A stretch of 54,228 nt of DNA from a virus. A program made the translations under genes and the position numbers. Of the stretch, positions 25,149-33,043 are shown one piece after another. The first letter of the stretch is position 1. Each line of letters begins with the position of its first letter. The notes under the pieces were generated by a model. It was not told the origin of the DNA and ran no database searches. It worked only from the letters and a program-made list of their open reading frames with translations. The DNA lies in IMG/VR virus record IMGVR_UViG_3300045988_069299, positions 1 to 54,228 of that record; one strand, given 5' to 3'.

Positions 25149-26902
25149 TACCTCCGTCCGAAAGAGAATGGGTTTTGAATTGCTTCTGCTTTTGCCATAG
25201 TTCCTGCTCTCATTTCATTTTCAAACAATGCAATGCTATCCGGTGCATCATCGTGTTTTACTTTTCCGCTACGTGTCATAGTGGTTAATTCCTTCATGAA
25301 TTTGTAGTACTGGCTCTGCCTGTCCATTTTCTTGAAATCACGAAAATAGTAATCACGAATTACATTATCCCTTGCATTTTCCATTCTCGTAATTTTGTTG
25401 GAACAGTTAAACTTAAACCTTGCGCTACATCTTCCTCCCTGCGACTTTACAATGTCCATAACATCACGACCAAAATATTCCCCGGCACTGTTACTCTCAA
25501 AAGTGACTGTTTTAACATTGTGCTTAATAAGCATATTTGCGCATTCAGGCTTTGTGAACTGTGTTCCTGCATTATCAAATACTACATCAACGATATATAC
25601 CTCGTTACCGTACACATATCCGACTGGCATAGCGCAGCTATCTTCTCCCTTGTCGGCACTATCGCAAGCCGCCATGATTGCATCCGGCTCTCTGTCAACT
25701 GGAAGTTCCTCAAAATAATTCAACTCACTTTCAGAGAACATTCTTCCCTTTGCTTCGTATGGCTCTTGTTGGAACTCTGCAGCCCAGGTTTCTTCGGAAA
25801 CAAGTTTTCTTTCTTTCCGGTAATAGTCCGTAGTGAATATTTTTCTAAGACCTTTTTTGTCCTTTCGGTAAATTTCCCAGTTACTTTCATCTGTAACAGG
25901 ATCAAGTGCCGGAATTGCAACTTCTCTCCATCTCCACCCCAATTCATCAGCCTTGTTCTGTAACGCTGTAATAGGGTCATACAGGCTGTATTTTGTTCCT
26001 TGGATAATAATGGGTGTACCCTCTAATCTACGCCCTAAAACGTCATCTGTGACCTTTTCACACAGGAACTCTAATCTATCACGGTTTCTTGCTTCCTCGT
26101 GATTTTTTACGCAGTCATCAATATAGACAAGCACGTTTGCTTCGGTACAACCTACGATTGCGCCATCAATAGGTCGGCAAGTAAATGTTGGAAAGATATT
26201 CTTACTTTTAAGGTCTATGGACAGATTCTCTGCACTCTTGTATCCATCTTTGCTTATTTTTGTAGCTTCCGGAAAAACACTTAAAAACCGCTGATAGGTA
26301 CTTTCAGTTTCAAATCCTTGCAAAAGGCCACCGTAAAACCTCTTTACCAGTCCTTCACCTTTTCCAACACCGAAAATACTTCCGTCTGGGTCTCTTCCGC
26401 CCATCATCTGTGCCAGTTTCAGCCCACCAGTGGTCTTACCAGTACGTTTTGGTTGTGAAACTGACAGAAAATCCAGTTTTCCATCGTAAATCTCTTGATA
26501 TGCTCCTACTACTGGCTTTAGAACCTGTCTTCTAGGAAAATAGAACCTCTTCCACGGGTCTTTTTCGTCAATTTCGATGTAATAGAAAAAGCTGTCAACC
26601 AGATAAGCTGCTTCGTACATTAAAACATTGTAGAATTGTTCTAAAACCTTGTATGATGTGTCATTACCTCCTGCGTATACTTCCAAATCAGCAACTCTTC
26701 CACCAGTCTTGTCCTTGACATATTGTGCAATGTAAGATTTTGCTTTTGCAGATTGTTGCAATCCGTATTGAACATCATGTTCTGACCGGAATGAAACCGC
26801 CAAAGCATCTATGTACGCATCAATGACCTGTTCATCAATTCCCTTGCGCTGTATGTAATTGTCATAGCTGTTTACTGCCGATATAAGGCTCTGACTTGCC
26901 AA
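25145..26902 (-). CDS. terL: terminase large subunit
   Basis: 585 aa. Walker A-like SQPKRTGKTT, Walker B-like VLVYIDD, acidic nuclease-half motifs. Apparent TTG start behind GGAAGGAGG. Confidence 0.9.
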   Translation of the reverse strand: MASQSLISAVNSYDNYIQRKGIDEQVIDAYIDALAVSFRSEHDVQYGLQQSAKAKSYIAQYVKDKTGGRVADLEVYAGGNDTSYKVLEQFYNVLMYEAAYLVDSFFYYIEIDEKDPWKRFYFPRRQVLKPVVGAYQEIYDGKLDFLSVSQPKRTGKTTGGLKLAQMMGGRDPDGSIFGVGKGEGLVKRFYGGLLQGFETESTYQRFLSVFPEATKISKDGYKSAENLSIDLKSKNIFPTFTCRPIDGAIVGCTEANVLVYIDDCVKNHEEARNRDRLEFLCEKVTDDVLGRRLEGTPIIIQGTKYSLYDPITALQNKADELGWRWREVAIPALDPVTDESNWEIYRKDKKGLRKIFTTDYYRKERKLVSEETWAAEFQQEPYEAKGRMFSESELNYFEELPVDREPDAIMAACDSADKGEDSCAMPVGYVYGNEVYIVDVVFDNAGTQFTKPECANMLIKHNVKTVTFESNSAGEYFGRDVMDIVKSQGGRCSARFKFNCSNKITRMENARDNVIRDYYFRDFKKMDRQSQYYKFMKELTTMTRSGKVKHDDAPDSIALFENEMRAGTMAKAEAIQNPFSFGRRY

Positions 26903-26981
26903 TATAAAAGAGCCTCCTTCCCTAAAATTTTGGAAATTTGGCTCTCTGCGTAGGCACTCTACGGCTGGTGCTCTGAAATAT

Positions 26982-27455
26982 TTAATTCAAAAGTTTTAAT
27001 ATTCTGTCACAAAATCTTATATGACTTTTTAGTAGTTCCTTTCTTGTATGGTCATTAACAGGAACACCATCAAAACATTCTGCGTATTCGTTTATCCTTT
27101 CCTGTGAAATTCGCTTTTCTGTTTCTAAAAAATCAAAAACCTTATCCTTTGGTAAATTTACACCGATTATATTGATTTTCCCACACTTTGGACATTTGAT
27201 TTCAGTCTGTCCGTTGAATTTACCTAACAGGCGGTTGCATTTGCTACAACGATGTTCGGACAGTTTTACATAAAAACATTTTTTCAAAGCTTCCTCGTCT
27301 TCCTTTGTATCTGCCACTACAATCGGGTCTTCTCCCAGTGTTGTACATTCAATTTTTACATTTTCAATATTACCGATGTTTTTAGGTGTGACCTGTCGAA
27401 ACGCATCACGTTCTATGCTCTCAATTACTGCCGTCATACTCATTTTTTCATCCAC
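26982..27455 (-). CDS. hypothetical protein with Com-like zinc ribbon
   Basis: CSKCNRLLGKFNGQTEIKCPKCGKINI. Confidence 0.6.
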   Translation of the reverse strand: MDEKMSMTAVIESIERDAFRQVTPKNIGNIENVKIECTTLGEDPIVVADTKEDEEALKKCFYVKLSEHRCSKCNRLLGKFNGQTEIKCPKCGKINIIGVNLPKDKVFDFLETEKRISQERINEYAECFDGVPVNDHTRKELLKSHIRFCDRILKLLN

Positions 27456-27801
27456 CTACTTTCATATCAAGCATATATAATATTTCCTGTTCGGATACTT
27501 CTTTTGCTCCTTCTCTAACATGAAACAGTATTTCCATTAGTTGTTGATTATCTTTATCCGTCATTCTGTTTTTATCAATTGTTTCATCGATGCAGTAATA
27601 TAAACAATTCCCATATCCAACACCTAAACGACTTCCATAAAATGATTTTCCAACAATATCATAATTTTCAGTTTTTAAAATATCGTGCTGATAATCTAAA
27701 TCGCACCACTTTTTATTATCTTCCAGTTTCTTTTGAAGATATTTTAAGAAATCTACTACTCTTTCTTCTCTATCACTGATGTATAATATCGTGTCTTTCA
27801 T
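27448..27801 (-). CDS. hypothetical protein (117 aa)
   Basis: Complete ORF with an 8-nt overlap to the next gene. Confidence 0.6.
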   Translation of the reverse strand: MKDTILYISDREERVVDFLKYLQKKLEDNKKWCDLDYQHDILKTENYDIVGKSFYGSRLGVGYGNCLYYCIDETIDKNRMTDKDNQQLMEILFHVREGAKEVSEQEILYMLDMKVGG

Positions 27802-27802
27802 T

Positions 27803-27991
27803 TTATTTCACAATCCTTCTGCTTTCTTCCATCACTTTACAGTTCCTTGCAAAATCTCTTTCAATAAAACTTTGCGGTATCCTTCCAAAATTTTCCAAAG
27901 CGTACTTATCTACCGCTTCTTTGGAAACATCTATACCAAAATTTCGTAATGCTTCTGTTTGCGGTTGATAATCTGATAAAATTTTATTCAT
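27803..27991 (-). CDS. hypothetical protein (62 aa)
   Basis: Complete ORF, tightly packed. Confidence 0.55.
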   Translation of the reverse strand: MNKILSDYQPQTEALRNFGIDVSKEAVDKYALENFGRIPQSFIERDFARNCKVMEESRRIVK

Positions 27992-28199
27992 TCTTCATCC
28001 ACTCCTCAAACTCTTTCCGGCATTTAGGGCATAAGTCATAATTTTTCTCTTCTGTTGAAGTTTTACTATTCAATAATACGCCACAAATACCAAGACTGTA
28101 TGAAGTTTTCTGTGTTTTAGTATTTATAATTGTGCTGTAATTATATTCAATTTCAGCACCGCATCTGTCACACGTATGCCATTCAGATAAATGTTTCAT
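27984..28199 (-). CDS. zinc-ribbon protein (71 aa)
   Basis: CDRCG...CPKC. Confidence 0.55.
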   Translation of the reverse strand: MKHLSEWHTCDRCGAEIEYNYSTIINTKTQKTSYSLGICGVLLNSKTSTEEKNYDLCPKCRKEFEEWMKNE

Positions 28200-28200
28200 A

Positions 28201-28512
28201 TCACACCTCGTATCCTTCTTTACGGCACTGCTCTTTTATGGTTTCCGGCAACTCAATCCCTTTTTCTTTTACGTATCGAACCATTTCCGCTATTTTCTCC
28301 TTGCTGATTTTTTCTATGATTTCAGAATCTTTCAGTCCTGATTCTCGCAATTTTAATATCTCGTTCCATTTTGAACCTTCTATCTTTGAACAATATTCTT
28401 TGCCGTAACTGATTTTATGGTATACATCTATCACTCTTGCATCTATGTCTTCTTTCCAAGATAAAGTTAAGCAAAAATGAGCGTTTTCGCAGTTTTCGCA
28501 ATTCAAAGGCAT
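28201..28512 (-). CDS. hypothetical protein (103 aa)
   Basis: Complete ORF, tightly packed. Confidence 0.6.
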   Translation of the reverse strand: MPLNCENCENAHFCLTLSWKEDIDARVIDVYHKISYGKEYCSKIEGSKWNEILKLRESGLKDSEIIEKISKEKIAEMVRYVKEKGIELPETIKEQCRKEGYEV

Positions 28513-28528
28513 ATTTACTAATCCTCAC

Positions 28529-28783
28529 TCAATATCCGTCATTATTCTCAATAAGCCATTCTTTCAATGCAACGTGTGCTTTTGCGAAGCATAATTCCAT
28601 GTCCGTATCATTTTCATGTACGAGAATCGCATCATCACCATCTCTTCTACACTCAGGATAGTCGTTTGCGCATCCTCGTTTGTAAATATAGATTCCCCAG
28701 TCACATATCTTGCTATATGTTATTTCAAGATGCATCGGAAAATCTTGTGTCTTTTCATCAAAAAACTTTAAGAAATCATTCAT
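28529..28783 (-). CDS. hypothetical protein (84 aa)
   Basis: The start is moved to ATG 28783 (GGAGGATATGAGG then ATG) because the track ORF reads through the adjacent tRNA. Confidence 0.55.
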   Translation of the reverse strand: MNDFLKFFDEKTQDFPMHLEITYSKICDWGIYIYKRGCANDYPECRRDGDDAILVHENDTDMELCFAKAHVALKEWLIENNDGY

Positions 28784-28800
28784 CCTCATATCCTCCGTAA

Positions 28801-28873
28801 CCCATGCAGACGGAATCGAACCGCCGACACACATCCTATGCGGATGCTGTTCTACCACTGAAACTATACATGG
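28801..28873 (-). tRNA. tRNA with anticodon CAT (Met, or Ile2 if lysidine-modified), with G at position 33
   Basis: Hand fold: acceptor CCATGTA/TGCATGG, D arm GTTT-CAGTGGTA-GAAC, anticodon arm GCATC-CGCATAG-GATGT, T arm GGCGG-TTCGATT-CCGTC. 73 nt, no encoded CCA. Confidence 0.75.
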
Positions 28874-29032
28874 GAATCGCACCGTAAAACCTTTTATGGC
28901 TTGCGCTTGCCATAACCAAATGTGCACCGCCTACTTGTCACTGACTATCCACAATCTCACAGTCTTGTCTGTTCTCTACTTCATAGGCTTGGTTTTCGCT
29001 AAACATATGTGGCTTACGTTTTAGCTAGGGAA

Positions 29033-29136
29033 TAGTTGCACGGAGAGTCGAACTCCGTCAGACCAAACCATGCCAATGCATTTCAAATCTGCAAATTCTA
29101 CTTTGCAAAGAGTTTTCTGTTCCCGATAATACAACT
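29033..29136 (-). tRNA. aberrant 104-nt tRNA-like element (canonical acceptor and T arm, non-canonical core)
   Basis: Acceptor AGTTGTA/TGCAACT. T arm CGGAG-TTCGACT-CTCCG. One possible anticodon arm is TGCAG-ATTTGAA-ATGCA (TTG). That leaves a 33-nt D region and a 19-nt variable region. Confidence 0.4.
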
Positions 29137-29205
29137 ACTATCCATATATTTCCCATCGACCTGAACTATTGCAGTAGTACCAGACTAAGTGGAGATAAGG
29201 ATAAA

Positions 29206-29287
29206 CGCCGTACACAGGATTTGAACCTGCAAGCCTTTTACAGCCAACGGTTTTCAATACCGCTCCCTCACCACCCGGACATACGGC
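29206..29287 (-). tRNA. tRNA-Ser (TGA)
   Basis: Acceptor GCCGTAT/GTACGGC, anticodon arm GCGGT-ATTGAAA-ACCGT, 16-nt variable arm, T arm GCAGG-TTCAAAT-CCTGT. 82 nt. Confidence 0.75.
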
Positions 29288-29413
29288 GAATATAGCAGTG
29301 TAGTGGAACTGCTATATCCGAAATTGCTTTTGCCACTACTTTGTACAATCTCATGCGGACTTTCTATACCGCTTACGGCAAACCTTTTCCCAGGTTGATT
29401 GTCGTAAGTTTAG

Positions 29414-29496
29414 CGCAGATACAAGGACTCGAACCTTGACAGCATTTCTGCTGGATAGCTTAGCAAGCTACTGTGTTACCATTACACCATATCTGC
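29414..29496 (-). tRNA. tRNA-Ser (GCT)
   Basis: Acceptor GCAGATA/TATCTGC, D arm GTGT-AATGGTA-ACAC, anticodon arm GTAGC-TTGCTAA-GCTAT, variable hairpin CAGCA-GAAA-TGCTG, T arm CAAGG-TTCGAGT-CCTTG. 83 nt. Confidence 0.85.
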
Positions 29497-29653
29497 GTAT
29501 CGGTGGTTTTTTACTTGGTTATCACCACCCAAGGATCTTTTAGTCAGCCGCAAGCGGCTCTATCAAGTTCCCATGAGATAAACATTAACCGGTGTATTTA
29601 TCCCCTATGCTTCTGTAATGAGCATACTCGGAGTGTACTTGCAACAACACCCA

Positions 29654-29727
29654 TTGTGACGAAGGGACTCGAACCCATACCACACAGTTTAGAAGGCTGT
29701 TGCTCTCTCCATTTGCGCTACGTCACA
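29654..29727 (-). tRNA. tRNA-Arg (TCT)
   Basis: Acceptor TGTGACG/CGTCACA, anticodon loop CTTCTAA, T loop TTCGAGT. 74 nt. One mismatch in each of the D, anticodon and T stems. Confidence 0.7.
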
Positions 29728-29854
29728 ATGTGCGTTTCCATAAGCTGTATGCCTACATTTAAGGAGCTGACGCAGCGCAACACTTATGGCTATTTTTTTA
29801 ATGTAGGGCATCCGCCAGTCACCTACGTGTTGAGTTGGGAGCGACCCAACCCCG

Positions 29855-29938
29855 TGGGGAAAGAAGGAGTCGAACCTTCGGTGTTTCTAATGTCACGGTT
29901 TTACAGACCGCTGCAATCGCCACTATGCATATTTCCCC
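29855..29938 (-). tRNA. tRNA-Tyr (GTA), class II
   Basis: Acceptor GGGGAAA/TTTCCCC, anticodon arm GCGGT-CTGTAAA-ACCGT, 15-nt variable region, T arm GAAGG-TTCGACT-CCTTC. 84 nt. Confidence 0.8.
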
Positions 29939-30201
29939 AAAACCTGTGCCGTATAACCACGACTAAACTTCTGGCACACATATCTGCCACCTACCGATTA
30001 TTGCAATCACGGTATCGTCTTATCACCGCAGATAAAGTTTTCTCCGCTATATAGTTGCAAGGCTTCAAGCGGTTACGTGGAAAACCCTCACGAGCCTTGC
30101 GACGGCTCTTAACAGCATTCCGCTATGAGGTGAAAGGAGTATTCCATGTAGGTGGAATATTCGCAGATGGCAAAGACCAAAAGAAGAAAACATCTGCGAA
30201 A

Positions 30202-30273
30202 CAGGACTACCAGGATTCGAACCTGGGAATGCAGCAGTCAAAGTGCTGTGCCTTACCGCTTGGCGATAGTCCT
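30202..30273 (-). tRNA. tRNA-Gln (TTG)
   Basis: Acceptor AGGACTA/TAGTCCT, D arm GCC-AAGCGGTAA-GGC, anticodon arm CAGCA-CTTTGAC-TGCTG, T arm CCAGG-TTCGAAT-CCTGG. 72 nt. Confidence 0.85.
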
Positions 30274-30571
30274 AAACTCCGGGAGAGAGACCATCTGCTC
30301 CCGGATTATTTCCGTGAAACACCCTATCTTTATCTAAAAAATTGTCTCGCCTGTGTACGGTACTTTGAAAAACTTGGTGTTGTCGAACGCATATTTCCAT
30401 TTTTCGTTTCCCACACACAGGCTACATACACTCTTGATGCCTTGATTTCTCTGCCACATATCCAATGCCAACACAACACCGGATATTCGGCAATAACAAT
30501 GGCTTTATGAATTTAACCCATTCAACATTGTGATATGGGATAATTCGCATAATCTCCGGTAACCACATAAA

Positions 30572-30724
30572 TTATACCCACATAAAAGTTATTCCAAATG
30601 CAAGGAACATTGCGAACGCAAATAAAATAACTCCGTCTGATGCTGTTTTCTGTTTTGGAGCATACCATAAAGCAGATATTGCTAAAACTGTCAATACCAA
30701 CGTTGTCATTATTTTTAAAATCAT
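30572..30724 (-). CDS. small two-TM membrane protein (50 aa), not in ORF track
   Basis: MILKIMTTLVLTVLAISALWYAPKQKTASDGVILFAFAMFLAFGITFMWV. ATGA start/stop coupling with the upstream gene. Replaces the 80-aa track ORF, which is in another frame. Confidence 0.6.
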   Translation of the reverse strand: MILKIMTTLVLTVLAISALWYAPKQKTASDGVILFAFAMFLAFGITFMWV

Positions 30725-31134
30725 GAATCCAAGCATTTTTTCTTCGTCCTTCCTTCAATTTCATCGATCATTGCCATTACCAGTGCTTTAGCAAACTGGC
30801 TATTGTTATGCATTTTAATCAGCAGATTGCCTTGACGGATAAGATATTCCCAGTCTTCATCCGTTTTCGGATTAGCACACTCTTTATGGATTTTCCAAAC
30901 CTCTGTGTAGATTTCTTTAATCTCCGGTGGCAATTCACATTTCTCCTTAACTGGTAAATCTTCTTTAGGCTCTTTATCAAGTCTGCTCTTTTGGTGCTCC
31001 ATCTGACAGCTAACCATTTCCGTAACGTTCTCACGGTCTCTCTTGATTCCGTGACCTTGCAGAAACAACTCACATTGCAGGACTTCACCGCATTTTGAAC
31101 ATTCGTCTTTTATCTCTTTCCCAAATATCTGCAT
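30721..31134 (-). CDS. hypothetical protein (137 aa)
   Basis: Complete ORF. CSKCG near the N-terminus. Confidence 0.6.
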   Translation of the reverse strand: MQIFGKEIKDECSKCGEVLQCELFLQGHGIKRDRENVTEMVSCQMEHQKSRLDKEPKEDLPVKEKCELPPEIKEIYTEVWKIHKECANPKTDEDWEYLIRQGNLLIKMHNNSQFAKALVMAMIDEIEGRTKKKCLDS

Positions 31135-31138
31135 ACAC

Positions 31139-31258
31139 TTAATCTCTACCAGTGACTACCGCTCTTAAAAATACTCCGATGATGAACAGGATATATACCC
31201 ATGCAGGAGCATGTAATTGAAACAGTATCCATGCTAAAACTATGTAAATGAAAATCAT
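31139..31258 (-). CDS. small membrane protein (39 aa), not in ORF track
   Basis: MIFIYIVLAWILFQLHAPAWVYILFIIGVFLRAVVTGRD. TAATG overlap with the MazG stop. Confidence 0.5.
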   Translation of the reverse strand: MIFIYIVLAWILFQLHAPAWVYILFIIGVFLRAVVTGRD

Positions 31259-31674
31259 TACACATCACCCTCTTCCCTATTGTTTGCCCGATCAATGTCA
31301 AAGCCTTCCGGGTAACGTGCCTTAAGCTTATCTACATTCATCTGCATAATTTCATCAATACTCCATCCAAACGATTCACAAAGCATTGCCAGATACCAGC
31401 AAATATCTCCTGCTTCTTTCTTCGCATGGTCAATATCTAGCGGCTTCTCATGGAAAATCCACTTTTTAATCATGTCGTTGAACTCGCCAACCTCGCCAGA
31501 TAATCCCAAGCAAGCATTTAATATGCCACCAATTGATACATCGTTTTTTGAATCTATTACTTTTCTCTTTTCAAAATCAGAGTATGTATGCTCGCTAATC
31601 ACTTTGCAAAGTCTGTCTGTTGCATTGCCATCATTTGTTCTCATTGCTAATTTCTGATATTCTCTTCCAGTCAT
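31258..31674 (-). CDS. MazG-like nucleotide pyrophosphohydrolase
   Basis: REYQKLAMRT...GLSGEVGEFNDMIKKWIFH...EAGDICWYLAMLC...KLKARYPEGF is the classic MazG/NTP-PPase motif set. Confidence 0.85.
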   Translation of the reverse strand: MTGREYQKLAMRTNDGNATDRLCKVISEHTYSDFEKRKVIDSKNDVSIGGILNACLGLSGEVGEFNDMIKKWIFHEKPLDIDHAKKEAGDICWYLAMLCESFGWSIDEIMQMNVDKLKARYPEGFDIDRANNREEGDV

Positions 31675-31871
31675 TGTTTTTTCTCCTATACACCCTTTTT
31701 ATTTTTGAGGAAATTTGAGGGACTAAGTAGGGGCTGTTCGCTGGTCCTGCCAGACCCCCTCCCCCTGTGTGCTATGTTTCTTTTCAACTATGCGTTAAAC
31801 TTGTCTTTCACGCAGTCTTTATTGACACGTCCTTAACTATCCCCTATTTCCGCACGTTTCCGCACTTGTTG

Positions 31872-32630
31872 CTACTCATTTGCATCTGTATTGTCACTGT
31901 CATACGTTCCGGAATCGGTCAACATTGATTTATTTTGTCCAAAATTTGTGTCTAATCGTGGAAGTTGGTCGGCTGTCCTGGTTATCTTGTGTACAATCTC
32001 TTGCTGTGTGGTCTGTTTCCGCCCGTGGTCGTTGTTTAATCGTTCCGTTGCTCCCAGCGCATTCCGCAGATTAAAAGCAACAAGCTGATCACAATCTGCA
32101 TCATCTAACCAATTTACAAAAGCTTTTCTGACCTCGTCCATGCTCGATGTACTTGATTTAGTCCTCCATGCACTCAAAGCCTGTTTAGATATCCCTGTTA
32201 ATATCTTAAATGTATCAGCTGTAGCAGTCATATCATAAGCATTAGCTAACTCCCTAAGATATAAATAAACCTCATACAACAGATCTATGTTGTACGCATT
32301 GTAGTTAGTTAGCATTTGGTTGATACTATTATCCACTACGTTTTGGGGTATATCTTTTAATACATTACTAGGTCTTATATAATTGTTATATATATATTGC
32401 ATGGCACCATTAAAAACCGGTTGCCGTTGTGATCTCATGTCATCGATGCCATAAGCTGCACAATAATCGTCAAAGTATTTCCGGATATTTTTTTTAATCT
32501 CGTCAATGTTTGGAATCTCTCTGACGTCCTGCACCGCTCTACACCTCCTGAAATCTGCAATAAAAAAATCACAAGCATCACTCAATAAACCTATGTCTTT
32601 TGATCTCCTCCACAGATCAGGTAAAAACAT
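31872..32630 (-). CDS. terminase small subunit-like protein (tentative)
   Basis: 252 aa. ILTGISKQALSAWRTK (HTH) followed by LVAFNLRNALGATERLNNDHG resembles the TerS pattern (gis.qT.y.W ... gaiF.LKN.fGw.d). No SD sequence before ATG 32630. Lies about 5 kb upstream of terL. Confidence 0.4.
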   Translation of the reverse strand: MFLPDLWRRSKDIGLLSDACDFFIADFRRCRAVQDVREIPNIDEIKKNIRKYFDDYCAAYGIDDMRSQRQPVFNGAMQYIYNNYIRPSNVLKDIPQNVVDNSINQMLTNYNAYNIDLLYEVYLYLRELANAYDMTATADTFKILTGISKQALSAWRTKSSTSSMDEVRKAFVNWLDDADCDQLVAFNLRNALGATERLNNDHGRKQTTQQEIVHKITRTADQLPRLDTNFGQNKSMLTDSGTYDSDNTDANE

Positions 32631-32790
32631 AAATCTAAAAAAGTGACAAGCTAGTGACTTCTTGTCGTTTCCGGTCTGCCGGCTCCGGTGGTCTTGGTTA
32701 CAATCTGGGCGGCTGCGTATCCAGAGGAGGTTGGATTTGCTCCGCTGTCACTCGCACCGTGTTAACGTCGGCTCCCTAACTGCTTTTATC
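32631..32790 (-). promoter_or_regulatory. GC-rich structured 5' leader ending in a terminator-like hairpin plus T6, directly before the TerS-like ATG
   Basis: Minus strand GACAAG-AAGTCACTAG-CTTGTC then ACTTTTTTAG, 7 nt before the ATG. Upstream AGTGACAGC can pair alternatively with GCTTGTCACT. GGAGCCG occurs twice. Confidence 0.45.
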
Positions 32791-33043
32791 ATACCATAAG
32801 TGTTATTTATAAATCTACAACAACCTTTTACGTGTTTGACAATTTGTTGTGGTGGTATGTCTGCCGGTGATCCTGAGCATATAAAAATCATGCGATTAAA
32901 AAATATCATCCGTGTAAATTTGGCAAATAGGATTTTTTAACAGACAGACAGGTAATTTTTGCAGATGGGCACATAGTGGCAGTTGGTCTGCTCTAGTATT
33001 TATATATACTTGGTTATACAATGTCTTTCTGCTCTTATTTACT

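Noticed and set aside
29473-30510. Plus-strand track ORFs of 193 aa and 151 aa (and 30152-30337)
   Set aside because: They run antisense through four or five tRNA genes and their hairpin spacers. They have no RBS and implausible composition.
30522-30764. Track ORF of 80 aa on the minus strand
   Set aside because: A different frame in the same place gives a 50-aa two-TM peptide with ATGA coupling to the upstream stop. The 80-aa frame overlaps the upstream gene by 44 nt and reads poorly.
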